Below, piece after piece: positions 12,345-19,860 of a DNA stretch of 34,878 bases. The stretch covers positions 1-34,878 of the forward strand of contig JBJTBO010000288.1 in the NCBI GenBank assembly GCA_046091445.1, in the 5' to 3' direction. Below the pieces are notes generated by a model that did not search any database, was not told the DNA's origin, and was given only the letters and a program-made list of their open reading frames with translations. This stretch comes from Planctomycetaceae bacterium. Lineage in GTDB: Bacteria > Planctomycetota > Planctomycetia > Pirellulales > UBA1268. Each line of letters opens with the position of its first letter. Positions within the stretch are counted from its first letter, which is position 1. The translations under genes were made by a program, and so were the position numbers.

Positions 12345-13413
12345 CGTCGGCTACAGGCCGTGGACGGGCACGCCCCGGTCGCGCGGCGCGGCCGCGGTGA
12401 TCGCGGGCACCGGCATCCGCCTCGCGTTCAAGAGCCGCTGGCTGCGGCGCGTGCTGCTCTTCGCCTGGAGCCCCGCGCTCGTCTTCGCCGGCGGATTCTT
12501 CGCGTTCGAGCAGGCGGTCGAGGAGTCCGCCCGCGGCGAGCCCGTCTCGCCGACCCGCCGGCTCGACAACTTCGGCACCATCGGCGCGCTCGTCGCCGAC
12601 TCGCTCGGGGGTCGCCTCGACGAACCGGAGGCTGCCCGCCGCACGGTCTGGTCGCGGCTCCTGCTCGCCTTCATGCGCGCCCCGCAGGCCGTGCTGCTCG
12701 CGGTCGTGGTGGGCCTCGTCGCGCCGAAGCTCATCGCGGGCGACCTGCGCGCGCGGGCATGGCTCGTCTACTTCACGCGGCCGTTGGGCCGGACCGACTA
12801 CATCCTCGGCAAGGTGCTCGCCCTCGCGGCGATCGTGGGCCTCGTCACGCTGGTGCCGGCGCTCGTCCTCTGGATCGTCGGCGTGCTCGTGAGCCCGAGC
12901 GTCTGGGTGGCCGTGGCGACGAGCGACCTGCCGCTGCGGATCGTCGCCGCCGCGGCGGCGGTGACGCTGCCCACGGTGCTCCTCGCGCTCGCCTACTCGT
13001 CGCTGACGGCCGAGAGCCGCATCGCCACGTTCGCGTGGTTCGCCACCTGGGTCGCCTGCTGGATCGCCCACGGCGCGCTCACCGGCGCGGACATGGCCGC
13101 GGAGGCGGCACGCGCGCCCACGGCCAACCGGGGCTTCGACCGACTGCTGGGCCAGGTCGCGGGCGACCCCCGCCTGCCGCGTGACGGGCGGCCACCGCTC
13201 GGCTGGCTCGCCCGGGCCGCCGGACTCGAGCGGACCGTCGATCGCTGGTCCTGGCTCTCGCTCTACCACGCCCAGGGCATCGTGCAGGCGTGGATCTTCG
13301 GGATCGAGGACCGCCTCGCCGTCGTGCTCCCGCCGCTCCTCGCGCTCCTCGCCGTCGCACTCGTGTCGCTCGTGATCCTCTTTCGTCGCGTGGACGCCCC
13401 CGCGCGGGCATGA
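12331..13413 (+). CDS. ABC-2 type transporter permease (multi-pass membrane protein), module 1
   Basis: ATG at 12331 overlaps the ATPase stop by 14 nt. There are at least six hydrophobic spans. The motif KLIAGDLRARAWLVYFTRPLGRTDYILGKVLA resembles the ABC-2 permease E/D..G....L...P..R...LGK motif. Confidence 0.75.
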   Translation: MPLHDVGYRPWTGTPRSRGAAAVIAGTGIRLAFKSRWLRRVLLFAWSPALVFAGGFFAFEQAVEESARGEPVSPTRRLDNFGTIGALVADSLGGRLDEPEAARRTVWSRLLLAFMRAPQAVLLAVVVGLVAPKLIAGDLRARAWLVYFTRPLGRTDYILGKVLALAAIVGLVTLVPALVLWIVGVLVSPSVWVAVATSDLPLRIVAAAAAVTLPTVLLALAYSSLTAESRIATFAWFATWVACWIAHGALTGADMAAEAARAPTANRGFDRLLGQVAGDPRLPRDGRPPLGWLARAAGLERTVDRWSWLSLYHAQGIVQAWIFGIEDRLAVVLPPLLALLAVALVSLVILFRRVDAPARA

Positions 13414-13471
13414 CCGTCGTGCCGCACCGCGTTCCGACCGCCTCCGCCCCATCCTCGCAGCCGGCCCACCG

Positions 13472-14494
13472 ATGATCGCGCTCGCGCACGTCACGAAGCT
13501 GTACGGCACGGTCATCGGCGTCAACGACGTGACGGTCGAGCTCGGGACCGGCGCGCACGGACTGCTGGGACCGAACGGCGCCGGCAAGACGACGCTCCTC
13601 GGGCTCGTGACGGGGCAGCTGCGGCCGACCATGGGCACGGTGCGCATCTTCGGCGAGCGGCCGTTCGCCAATCCCCGCGTGCTCGCCCGGATCGGCTACT
13701 GTCCGGCCGGCGACCTGCTCGAGCGCGGCGCGACGCCGCGCGAGTGGGTGACCTATCTCGTGCGGCTGGCCGGCCACACCGCTGCCGCGGCGGGCCGACT
13801 GGCCGACGCGGCGCTCGAGCGGGTCCGCATCGGCGAGGCGGCCGACCGGCCGCTCGCCACGCTCTCGAAGGGGCAGCGGCAACGCGCGAAACTCGCCGGT
13901 GCGATCGCGCACGCCCCCGATCTCCTCGTGCTCGACGAGCCGTTCGTGGGCCTCGATCCCGTCGCGCGGCATGACCTCGTGGACCTCGTGCGCGAGTGGG
14001 CCGGCGACCGCAGCCTGCTCGTCGCAAGCCACCTGCTCCACGAGATCGAGGCGCTCGATGCCGGGCTGGCTGTGATCCTCGGCGGCCGGCTGGTCGCCAG
14101 CGGGGACGTGGCCGAGATCCGCGGCCTCGTCGACACGCTCCCCGCCGAGGTCCGCCTCGCCGCCGACCGACCGCGACGGCTCGCCGAGATCGCCTGCGGG
14201 GGCGACCTCGTCGACAGCCTGCGCTTCGAGGGGGACGACACGCTCGTCATCGGCACGCGGCAGCCCGTCGCGCTCGCGGCCCGACTCGCCTCCGCCGCCG
14301 CCCGTGAGAGGATCGCGATCGCGACACTCCAGGCGGCCGACCGCTCGCTCGAGGGCGTGTTCGACCGGCTCGTCCAGCTGCATCGTGGGATCGGCTCGTC
14401 GCGCGGCCAGCGGCCGCCCGCCGGGGCCGACCTCGCGAGGGTCGCCGGTCGCGGCCCCACCGGTGCGCTGCCGGCAGCGGAGGCGGGATCGTGA
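13472..14494 (+). CDS. ABC transporter ATP-binding protein (ABC-2 / DrrA-like), module 2
   Basis: MIALAHVTKLYG start. Walker A GPNGAGKTT, signature-like LSKGQRQR, Walker B LLVLDEPFVGLD, H-loop ASHLL, and a C-terminal extension. Confidence 0.9.
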   Translation: MIALAHVTKLYGTVIGVNDVTVELGTGAHGLLGPNGAGKTTLLGLVTGQLRPTMGTVRIFGERPFANPRVLARIGYCPAGDLLERGATPREWVTYLVRLAGHTAAAAGRLADAALERVRIGEAADRPLATLSKGQRQRAKLAGAIAHAPDLLVLDEPFVGLDPVARHDLVDLVREWAGDRSLLVASHLLHEIEALDAGLAVILGGRLVASGDVAEIRGLVDTLPAEVRLAADRPRRLAEIACGGDLVDSLRFEGDDTLVIGTRQPVALAARLASAAARERIAIATLQAADRSLEGVFDRLVQLHRGIGSSRGQRPPAGADLARVAGRGPTGALPAAEAGS

Positions 14495-15261
14495 ACGCCT
14501 GGCTCGGGATCATCGCCGTCGCCGGCTTCCAGCTGCGCCGGATGCTCACGCCCCAGCGGATCGCGCTCGGCCTCGCCGGCGCGCTCTTTCCCGCGGCGGT
14601 CATGCTCGCCGCCCGTCGCATCGTGGGGGGCCTCGATCGCGACTTCGCCGTGGTCCTGCTCTACGCGCTGGTGCCCGAGGCCGTGTGCATGCTCGGACTG
14701 CTCGTGACGATGTGTCCGCTGGTGGCCGACGAGCTGGAGCGGGGCACATGGCAGCACGTCGTCGTGCGGCCCGGCGGGCGGCGCTCGCTGCTCGTCGGCA
14801 CGTTCCTGGCGGCGGTGATCTGGACCAGCTGCGTCGCGCTCGTGTCGCTCGTGCTCACGCTGCTCGCCGCCGGCGTGAGCGGTGCCGGCGGCCTCGCGCT
14901 CGTGCTCGGGGCGCTCGTGCTCCTCTCGTGCGTCGGGCGGGCGGCGCTCTTCGCGCTGCCGGCCGTGATCGTGCCGAAGCGGGCGCTCGTCGCGAGCGTC
15001 GGCGCCGCGATCGTGGTCGAGTACCTCGCCGGCTTCCTGCCCGCCGTCGTCAACCAGTTCACGGTGAGCCTGCGGCTGCGCAGCCTCTTGGTGCACTGGA
15101 TGGGGTGGCGGACGAGCCTGCCCCCGGACCTGCGCATGATCGTGGACCCGGAGCCGCCGTGGGTGCAGTGTGCCGCCGTCGTCGCCCTCGCGACGCTGCT
15201 GCTCGCCGCGGCCGGCGTGATCCTCGCGTGGCGGCAGTTTCCGCCGGCCGAGGAGTCGTGA
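14491..15261 (+). CDS. ABC-2 type transporter permease, module 2
   Basis: The GTG start overlaps the upstream TGA (GTGA). 256 aa with about six hydrophobic spans. ADELERGTWQHVVVRPGGRRSLLVGTFLA matches the ABC-2 permease E..GT......P..R motif. Confidence 0.75.
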   Translation: MNAWLGIIAVAGFQLRRMLTPQRIALGLAGALFPAAVMLAARRIVGGLDRDFAVVLLYALVPEAVCMLGLLVTMCPLVADELERGTWQHVVVRPGGRRSLLVGTFLAAVIWTSCVALVSLVLTLLAAGVSGAGGLALVLGALVLLSCVGRAALFALPAVIVPKRALVASVGAAIVVEYLAGFLPAVVNQFTVSLRLRSLLVHWMGWRTSLPPDLRMIVDPEPPWVQCAAVVALATLLLAAAGVILAWRQFPPAEES

Positions 15262-15303
15262 CGGTCCGTCCGCCGGCCCGCCCGCGCCGGCTCGCGCGTG
15301 GGC

Positions 15304-16437
15304 TCAGCGCCGCGAGGTGACCGTCGTCGCGACGCGGTCGCGCGGGTGCATCTGACCGGCCCGCGCGGGGAGCGAGGTGAGCACGACGCAGATGGTGGCG
15401 GTGTCGGGATCGGCCCACCCGATCGTGCCGGTGGAGCCCGTGTGTCCGAACGTCGCTGCCGAGGCACCGGGTCCGGCGAGCAGGCCGGCGAGCGCGAAGC
15501 CGATCCCTCGAGGCACGGTGCGCCCGCCGTTCTGATCGGTGATCATCAGCCGTGCCGTCCCGGGCTTCACGACCCCGCCGCCGTGGTGCACGAACGCGGC
15601 GAGGAAGCGCGCCACGTCGGGAGCCGAGGCATGCGTGCCGCCCCAGGGGGCGCCCAGGGCCCGCCAGTAGTCGCTGTTCCAGTCCCAGGCGGCCGCGGCC
15701 GGATCGCCGCCGCCCGCCTCCGGCGCCGCCTGCTCGGTCTGGCAACGCACGAACCGCTCCCGGGTGAATCCGCCGAGTCCCTGCGCGGAATGCCGCATGC
15801 CGAGCGGCTCGAGGACGGTCGACGTGACGAACGCCCGGATGTCGGTGCCGGCGATCGTCTCGGCGATCCGCGCCGCGAGCAGGATGCCCATGCTCGAGTA
15901 CCCGAACCGCGTTCCGGGCGCGAAGAGGAGGGGCGTGCGGAGCGCGGCGGCGACGAAGGCGTCGAGCGGCGCGTGCGCGGCACGCAGGTGGTCGTTCTCG
16001 GGAAGCTGGTCGGGCAAGCCGGAGACGTGGGAGAGAAGCTGCCGGATCGTGACCCGCTCGCGTCCGTCGCCCGTGAACGCGGGCAGGAACCGTCGCACCT
16101 CGTCGTCGAGGTCGAACTGGCCACGGTCGTGGAGTGTCATGAGCGCCGTGACGGCGATCGGCTTCGAGATCGAGCCGAGCAGGAAGATCGCGTCGGCGTC
16201 CGCGGGTCCCGCCGGGCCCTGTCCGAAGCCGCGCGAGAACGACCGACCACCCCGCTCGACGTGCAGCGCCGCCGTGGCGACACGCCCGGAGGAGACGGCC
16301 GTGTCGAGCACGGCGGCAGCAGCCTCGAGATCGTCGTCGGCACCCGGCGCAGCCGAGGTGCGGCCGGGCTCGAGCGCGACCCCGGTCATGAACGCGGCCG
16401 ACGCGGCGAGCGCGTCACGGCGATGAACTGGTGGCAT
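15304..16437 (-). CDS. Serine hydrolase, beta-lactamase / transpeptidase-fold family (class C/EstB-like), Tat-type signal
   Basis: 377 aa. RR motif HRRDALAASAAF. Active-site S-x-x-K is present as LLGSISKPI, together with a YSS element and an HTGSTG (K/H-T-G) box. Confidence 0.85.
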   Translation of the reverse strand: MPPVHRRDALAASAAFMTGVALEPGRTSAAPGADDDLEAAAAVLDTAVSSGRVATAALHVERGGRSFSRGFGQGPAGPADADAIFLLGSISKPIAVTALMTLHDRGQFDLDDEVRRFLPAFTGDGRERVTIRQLLSHVSGLPDQLPENDHLRAAHAPLDAFVAAALRTPLLFAPGTRFGYSSMGILLAARIAETIAGTDIRAFVTSTVLEPLGMRHSAQGLGGFTRERFVRCQTEQAAPEAGGGDPAAAAWDWNSDYWRALGAPWGGTHASAPDVARFLAAFVHHGGGVVKPGTARLMITDQNGGRTVPRGIGFALAGLLAGPGASAATFGHTGSTGTIGWADPDTATICVVLTSLPARAGQMHPRDRVATTVTSRR

Positions 16438-16627
16438 GACCGGACTCCGTGAGCGGCCGGACGGACGCGAGATGGTGCGTCCCTCCCCGGGACGGCAGGA
16501 TACCCGCGGTCCACCGGCCGCGCGGCCGGCCGTCGCTTCGCCACCGGAAAGACGCTATCGTGATGCGACTCCCGGGGGATGGTTCCGTCCCATGTCTTCC
16601 CTGCCACCCGACAGCGCGAGGTGTTCC

Positions 16628-18127
16628 ATGGCCACAGCGACCGCGTCCACGAAGCTCCTGCCCGAGGTCGAGCGTTTCCTATCGGAGTCGCCGCTCCGCG
16701 GGGTGATCGGCGGCAGGGATGTGGCGGCATCCGACGGGGCCACGATGCCCACCCGCGATCCGGGCACCGGCGAGCCGATCGCCGAGTTCTCCGTGCTCTC
16801 GGCCGCCGACGTCGATCGCGCGGTCACCGCCGCCGCCGATGCCTTCAGGAAATCGGGCTGGGCGACCATGGCCCCCAACGAGCGCGGCGCGCACCTCCAC
16901 CGGCTCGCCGACGCGGTCGAGAAGCACAAGCCGATCATCGCCCAGATCGAGGCGCTCGACGCGGGCAAGCTGCTGCCTCACGCGGCCGGTGACGTGCAGA
17001 ACCTGATCGACACGCTGCGCTACTTCACCGACATGGCGCAGCACGTGCAGCGGCGGAACGTCCTCGCCGTGGCGGGCCACGAGGCATGGACCGTGCGGCA
17101 TCCCTGGGGACCGTGCGGCTTCATCTTCCCGTGGAACTTTCCCTTCCTGCTCATCGGCTGGGGCGTGTCGCCGGCGCTGGCGGCCGGCAACACCGTCGTG
17201 ATCAAGCCGGCGGAGGACACACCGCTCTCGGCGATCTACCTCGGCCGGCTCGCCCGCGAGGTCGGCCTTCCCGACGGGGTGATCAACGTGGTGCCCGGCA
17301 CCGGCGCCGAGGCGGGTGCGGCCCTCTCGGCCCACCCCGGCCTCAAGCGGATGAGCTTCACGGGTTCACCCGAGGTGGGTCGGCTCGTGGGCGAGGCCTG
17401 CGGCCGGAATCTCGTGCCGGTGAAGCTGGAGCTCGGCGGCAAGGGTGCCGCGGTGGTGTTCGACGACGTGGACGTGGCGGCGACGGCCGAGAAGCTCGTG
17501 GGCGCGATCACGTTCCACACCGGACAGGTCTGCTGCGACGCGACCCGGTGGATCGTCCACTCGAAGATCTACGACCGCTTCGTGGACGAATGCCGCCAGC
17601 GGCTCGAACGGGTCGAGGTCGGCTACCAGCTCGATGGAAAGACGGCGATGGGACCGGTCGTCAACGCGAAGCAGCGGCAGCGCGTGCTCTCCTACCTCGA
17701 GAAGGGCGTGCAGCAGGGCGCGCGGGCGGTCCTCGCCGGCGGACCGGCGGACGTCGCGGGGCGCGATGGCTACTACGTGAAGCCGGCGCTGCTCGCCGGG
17801 TCGCTCGACAACGTGGCGGCGCGGGAGGAGATCTTCGGACCGGTCGCCTACCTCGCACCCTTCAAGAACGAGGACGAGGCGATCCTGATGGCCAACGACA
17901 CCGACTACGGTCTGGCCAACAGCGTCTGGACGAGCGACCTCGGCCGCGCCGCGCGGGTGGCCGAATCGATGGTGGCGGGGAACAGCTGGATCAACGCCCA
18001 CAACGTCTTCCCGCGTGGCGTGCCCTACGGTGGCGTCAACAAGAGCGGCACCGGCGGTGGCGTCAACTCGATCGAGACGCTCTTCGACTACTGGCGGAGC
18101 CAGTCGGTCGTGCGCCCGCTCGGCTGA
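16628..18127 (+). CDS. Aldehyde dehydrogenase family protein (NAD(P)+)
   Basis: ATG at 16628 (alternative 16592) gives a ~499-aa protein. Motifs are FPWNFP, VIKPAEDTPLS, catalytic ELGGKG, FHTGQVCCDATR (catalytic Cys context) and EEIFGPV. Confidence 0.9.
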   Translation: MATATASTKLLPEVERFLSESPLRGVIGGRDVAASDGATMPTRDPGTGEPIAEFSVLSAADVDRAVTAAADAFRKSGWATMAPNERGAHLHRLADAVEKHKPIIAQIEALDAGKLLPHAAGDVQNLIDTLRYFTDMAQHVQRRNVLAVAGHEAWTVRHPWGPCGFIFPWNFPFLLIGWGVSPALAAGNTVVIKPAEDTPLSAIYLGRLAREVGLPDGVINVVPGTGAEAGAALSAHPGLKRMSFTGSPEVGRLVGEACGRNLVPVKLELGGKGAAVVFDDVDVAATAEKLVGAITFHTGQVCCDATRWIVHSKIYDRFVDECRQRLERVEVGYQLDGKTAMGPVVNAKQRQRVLSYLEKGVQQGARAVLAGGPADVAGRDGYYVKPALLAGSLDNVAAREEIFGPVAYLAPFKNEDEAILMANDTDYGLANSVWTSDLGRAARVAESMVAGNSWINAHNVFPRGVPYGGVNKSGTGGGVNSIETLFDYWRSQSVVRPLG

Positions 18128-18179
18128 CACCTGGTGCCATTCGCGATCAGAGGCGCCAGCCGTTCGACGACGTCCATTC

Positions 18180-18197
18180 GCACGCCTGGAGGCGTGC
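18180..18197 (+). terminator. GC-rich hairpin downstream of the aldehyde dehydrogenase gene (terminator candidate)
   Basis: GCACGCC-tgga-GGCGTGC forms a perfect 7-bp stem with a 4-nt loop, 53 nt after the TGA at 18125..18127. There is no U-tract, which is common in high-GC genomes. Confidence 0.3.
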
Positions 18198-18290
18198 GCC
18201 ACAGGGGGCGAGTGCCATCACGCTGTGACCACGAGCGGCGGCCGGTCTGATGGCTCCCGACGGGCCGGCGGCCCGATCGCGTCAGCGACG

Positions 18291-18319
18291 TTGGGCCACG
18301 GTGAGATCCGGGGTAGACT
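18291..18319 (+). promoter_or_regulatory. Candidate promoter (TTGGGC-N17-TAGACT) for the DUF1501-PSD-DUF1501 operon
   Basis: TTGGGC at 18291..18296 and TAGACT at 18314..18319 are separated by a 17-nt spacer. The site is in a locally lower-GC patch about 90 nt upstream of ATG 18410. Confidence 0.25.
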
Positions 18320-18345
18320 TCGAGTTGGTCGCGGTCGCCGCGTCA

Positions 18346-18390
18346 AGGCACGCAACGCGCACGAGGCACGCACCGCGTAGCAGGCACACC
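18346..18390 (+). repeat. Three phased direct repeats AGGCAC(G/A)C at exact 18-nt spacing in the operon leader
   Basis: AGGCACGCA at 18346..18354, AGGCACGCA at 18364..18372 and AGGCACACC at 18382..18390. A further AGGC occurs at 18401, directly before ATG 18410. Confidence 0.6.
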
Positions 18391-18409
18391 TGGGCGAGAC
18401 AGGCTGGCC

Positions 18410-19831
18410 ATGAGTGGATCCGACAGGCCCATGACGCCGGGTCAGGTCAGCCGCCGGCGGCTGTTCGTGGCGGGCTCCGCGGGGATGGCGGGGATTTCGC
18501 TCGTCGAGATCCTGCGGGCGGAGGACGCCGCCGTGCGGGACGGCGCTCTTCAGGGCCGCCGCACGGCCCGCGCGATCATCAACGTCCATCTCGACGGCGG
18601 GCCGCCGCAGATGGACACGATCGACATGAAGCCGGATGGGCCGGCCGAGGTCCGCGGCGAATTCGCGCCGATCGCCACGCGCGTCCCGGGCATCCGCATC
18701 TGCGAACTGCTGCCGGGGATCGCGGGGCTGGCCGACCGCTTCGCCTTCATCCGGTCGCTCGTGGGCTCTGCGGGCGCCCATGACGCCTTCCAGTGCCAGT
18801 CGGGCTTCCCGGCGAGCGCCCTGCGGGCGGAGGGCGGGTGGCCGGCCATGGGCAGCGCCCTGTCGCGTCTCTGGGGATCGCCGCACGACCTCTCGCCGAC
18901 GTTCTGCGACCTCATGCAGGGCCGCGGGCTCGTGCGCGACAGCGCGCGGCCGGGGTTCCTCGGTCGGGCGCACGCGCCGTTTCGTCCCGACATCGGCGGC
19001 CTCTTCGACCGGCCGCTCGAGGAGGGCATGAAGTCGGAGCTCGCCGCCCGCGGGACCGGCCACGCCACGCCGCTCGTGCTCGCCTCCTCCCTGCCCGCGC
19101 CGCGACTCGATGACCGACGTGCCCTGCTCGACCGGCTCGACGCCTGGCGGCACCGCGTGGATGCGGGCGACGACATGCGGGCGATGGACCGCTTCCACGA
19201 GCAGGCCGTGGGCATCCTCACGTCCGGCCGGGTGGCCGAGGCGCTCGACCTCGACCGGGAGCCGACGCACGTCCGCGATCGCTACCGGCTGCCCGGCCCC
19301 GAGGCGCGCCGCTTCACGACGGCGGACGGGGCGCACGCCACGCTCAAGTTCCTGCTCGCACGGCGGCTCGTGGAGGCGGGGGTGCGGTGCGTGAGCATCT
19401 CCCTCAGCGACTTCGACACGCACGGCGACAACTTTCCGCGCATGCGGCACCTCCTGCCGATCCTCGACGCGGGCCTCTCCGCGCTCGTCGGCGACCTCGA
19501 GACGCGCGGGCTGCTCGATGACGTGGTGATCGTGGTCTGGGGCGAGTTCGGTCGCACGCCACGGATCAACGCCGGCGGCGGGCGCGACCACTGGCCCGCC
19601 GTCTCGCCGGCCCTGCTCGTCGGGGGCGGCATCCGTGGCGGACAGGTGATCGGGGAGACCGACCGCTGGGCGGGCGAGGTGCTCGGCGGTGCGGTGACGT
19701 TCCAGGACGTCACGGCCACGCTCTACCACCTGCTGGGCCTCGATCCTCACCGCCCCGGCACGCTCAGCGACGCGAGCGGACGGCCCCACGCGCTCGTGGA
19801 GACCGGCCGCGTCATCGACGCGCTCGTCTGA
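18410..19831 (+). CDS. DUF1501 domain protein, Tat-exported, sub-type B
   Basis: 473 aa. RR motif SRRRLFVAGSAG, INVHLDGGPPQMDTIDMKPDGP, SDFDTHGD, and GGGRDHWPAVSPALLVGGGIRGGQVIG. Confidence 0.9.
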   Translation: MSGSDRPMTPGQVSRRRLFVAGSAGMAGISLVEILRAEDAAVRDGALQGRRTARAIINVHLDGGPPQMDTIDMKPDGPAEVRGEFAPIATRVPGIRICELLPGIAGLADRFAFIRSLVGSAGAHDAFQCQSGFPASALRAEGGWPAMGSALSRLWGSPHDLSPTFCDLMQGRGLVRDSARPGFLGRAHAPFRPDIGGLFDRPLEEGMKSELAARGTGHATPLVLASSLPAPRLDDRRALLDRLDAWRHRVDAGDDMRAMDRFHEQAVGILTSGRVAEALDLDREPTHVRDRYRLPGPEARRFTTADGAHATLKFLLARRLVEAGVRCVSISLSDFDTHGDNFPRMRHLLPILDAGLSALVGDLETRGLLDDVVIVVWGEFGRTPRINAGGGRDHWPAVSPALLVGGGIRGGQVIGETDRWAGEVLGGAVTFQDVTATLYHLLGLDPHRPGTLSDASGRPHALVETGRVIDALV

Positions 19832-19860
19832 CCGGTCCCGCGCCACCGCGAGCCAGCATC

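Noticed and set aside
8687-13671. Long minus-strand ORFs (8687..10498, 10809..12206, 12103..13671) opposite the hydrolase fusion and ABC genes
   Set aside because: They are antisense to genes with clear catalytic and Walker motifs. Their translations are R/G/P/H/D-rich low complexity with no signal peptides or domains.
15272-15291. GCCGGC-N8-GCCGGC between the convergent ABC permease and serine hydrolase genes, and a short CCGC/GCGG stem at 7087..7098, considered as terminators
   Set aside because: The stems are only 4-6 bp, and in the first case the pairing derives from a self-complementary hexamer that is common at this GC content. This is too weak to report as a feature.
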